Source: Malacoraja senta (lineage: Eukaryota). Taken from it: a stretch of 64,000 nucleotides of DNA. Below, piece by piece: positions 62,455 through 64,000 of the stretch (positions within the stretch are counted from its first letter, which is position 1; the number at the start of each line of letters is the position of its first letter). A program made the translations under genes and the position numbers. The stretch spans positions 434,001 to 498,000 of the forward strand of contig JAXLNO010000110.1 of NCBI GenBank assembly GCA_038087875.1, given 5' to 3'. The notes under the pieces were generated by a model, which saw only the letters and a list, made by a program, of their open reading frames with translations, searched no databases and was not told the origin of the DNA.

Positions 62455-63585
62455 GTCAAGTCAAGACTCAAGAGAGTTTATTGTCATGTGTCCCAGATAG
62501 GACAATGAAATTCTTGCTTGCTGCAGCACAGAGTGTTGTAAGCATAAATACAGAATAGTGTGTCTATATAGCATAGACTATATATATACACACACACAAA
62601 TAAACAGATAAAGTGCAATAGGCTGCTATAGTTCAGAGTTTATTTGATGGCAAGTTTAATAGCCTGATGGCTGTGGGGAAGAAACTGTTCCTGAACCTGG
62701 ATGCACCAGATTTCAGGCTCCTGTACCTTCTACCTGATGGCAGCGGAGAGATGATTGTGTGGCCGGGATGGTGTGGGTCCTTGATGTTGGCAGCCATTTT
62801 GCGGCAGCAACTGCGATAGATCCCTTCGATGGTGGGGAGGTCAGAGCCGATGATGGACTGGTCAGTGGTCACAACTTTCTGCATTCTTTTCCGCTCCTGG
62901 AAGCGCAAGTTGCCGAACCAAGTCACGATGCAACCAGTCAGTATGCTCTCTACTGTGCACCTGTAGAAGTTCGACAGAGTCCTCTTTGACATACCGACTC
63001 TCCGTAATCTTCTCAGGAAGTAGAGGCGATGATGTGCTTTCTTTATAATTGCATCAGTGTGCTGGGACCAGGAAAGATCTTCGGAAATATGCACGCCCAG
63101 GAATTTGAAGTTCTTGACCCTTTCCACCATTGTCCCGTTGATATAAACGGGACTGTGGGTCCCTATCCTACCCCTTCCAAAGTCCACAATCAGTTCCTTG
63201 GTTTTGCTGGTGTTGAGGGCCAGGTTATTGTGCTGGCACCATTTGGTCAATCGGTCGATCTCACTTCTATACTCTGACTCGTCATCATCAGTGATTTGTG
63301 CCACAACAGTGATGTCGTCAGCGAATTTGATGATGGAGTTCGCACTATGTCCAGCTACACAGTCATGAGTATAGAGTGAGTACAGCAGGGGGCTGAGCAC
63401 GCAGCCTTGAGGTGCTCCCGTGCTGATTGTTATCGAGGATGACACCTTTCCACCAATATGGACAGACTGTGGTCTGTGGATGAGGAAGTCGAGGATCCAA
63501 TTGCAGAGGGTTGCGCAAAGACCCAGATCCGTGAGCTTGGTAACCAGCTTGGAGGGGATGATGGTAATAAATGGCGAGCTGTAGT
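62455..63585 (-). mobile_element. Rex1/Babar LINE RT (270-aa open frame) and 3' UTR, 5'-truncated
   Basis: [22 protein letters not shown]...IKFADD...[13 protein letters not shown]...KFLGVHI; (cttga)n tail. Confidence 0.9.
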
Positions 63586-64000
63586 CTGTGGGGGAGGGAG
63601 GGTGTGGGGGAGAGGTTTGTAATCTTCCACCGATCGGAACAAAACTTGGTGCGCTTGGAGCAGAGGAGAACGGTGAGTAAGGTGGCGAGTAATCTTTGCG
63701 ATTATAGGGTAGCGTTTTTGCACAAATTTAAAAACACCGCAGACCTGAAGTGGTCAAGATGAGAGTTTTAGTAACAGGATAGATAGATGGGTCAGGTATG
63801 GACAACTGGGACTAACGGCTGGAGCATCTTGGTCAGCATATACAAGTTGGACTGAAGGACCCGTTTCAATGCTGTATGACACTATGATATGCAGCCAGTA
63901 TTGGAAGGTGTAACTGAGGCAAAACATTATTTTTAATTTTTAAATCAGCCATAGTTTTATGAATTGTGGAGCAGGGTATAAATTAACTTGATTTTGTGCT

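Noticed and set aside
62633..63445. Autonomous active retrotransposon
   Set aside because: The frame is open but 5'-truncated; no endonuclease or N-terminal RT region is present.
1..64000. Most ORFs in the six-frame track as independent genes
   Set aside because: They are frames of LINE, SINE and Penelope fragments or their antisense; recurrent peptides such as KCWSNSAGQAASLERRNG come from the same non-coding repeat.
59712..64000. Upstream IQGAP exon (expected ...FSKIGGILANELS...)
   Set aside because: No matching sequence found by eye; it presumably lies beyond the window.

Overview
Vertebrate genomic DNA, most likely from an elasmobranch (skate/ray/shark-type HE1 V-SINE and HER1/CR1 repeat landscape; inference). 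The whole window lies inside one minus-strand gene, an IQGAP family member most similar to IQGAP3. I assembled 15 consecutive internal coding exons (59711 down to 2665, 1941 nt in total), all with AG/GT boundaries and compatible phases. They encode the IQGAP repeats, the WW domain and the four IQ motifs; the gene continues beyond both window ends. The introns are almost entirely transposon debris: CR1, L2, Rex1/Babar, L1-like and RTE LINE fragments, V-SINEs, Penelope-like (GIY-YIG) elements, hAT and PIF/Harbinger MITEs, one LTR+PBS fragment and a 1.5 kb minisatellite. The most striking unexplained structure is a very abundant family of short palindromic Penelope-derived insertions with a fixed ~35-nt unpaired tail, 13-15 bp target-site duplications and, in longer copies, a minimal hammerhead-ribozyme core. 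Two splice sites of the host gene have also been duplicated, creating potential poison-splicing routes. All calls were made by eye; family assignments rely on recalled motifs, not database searches.
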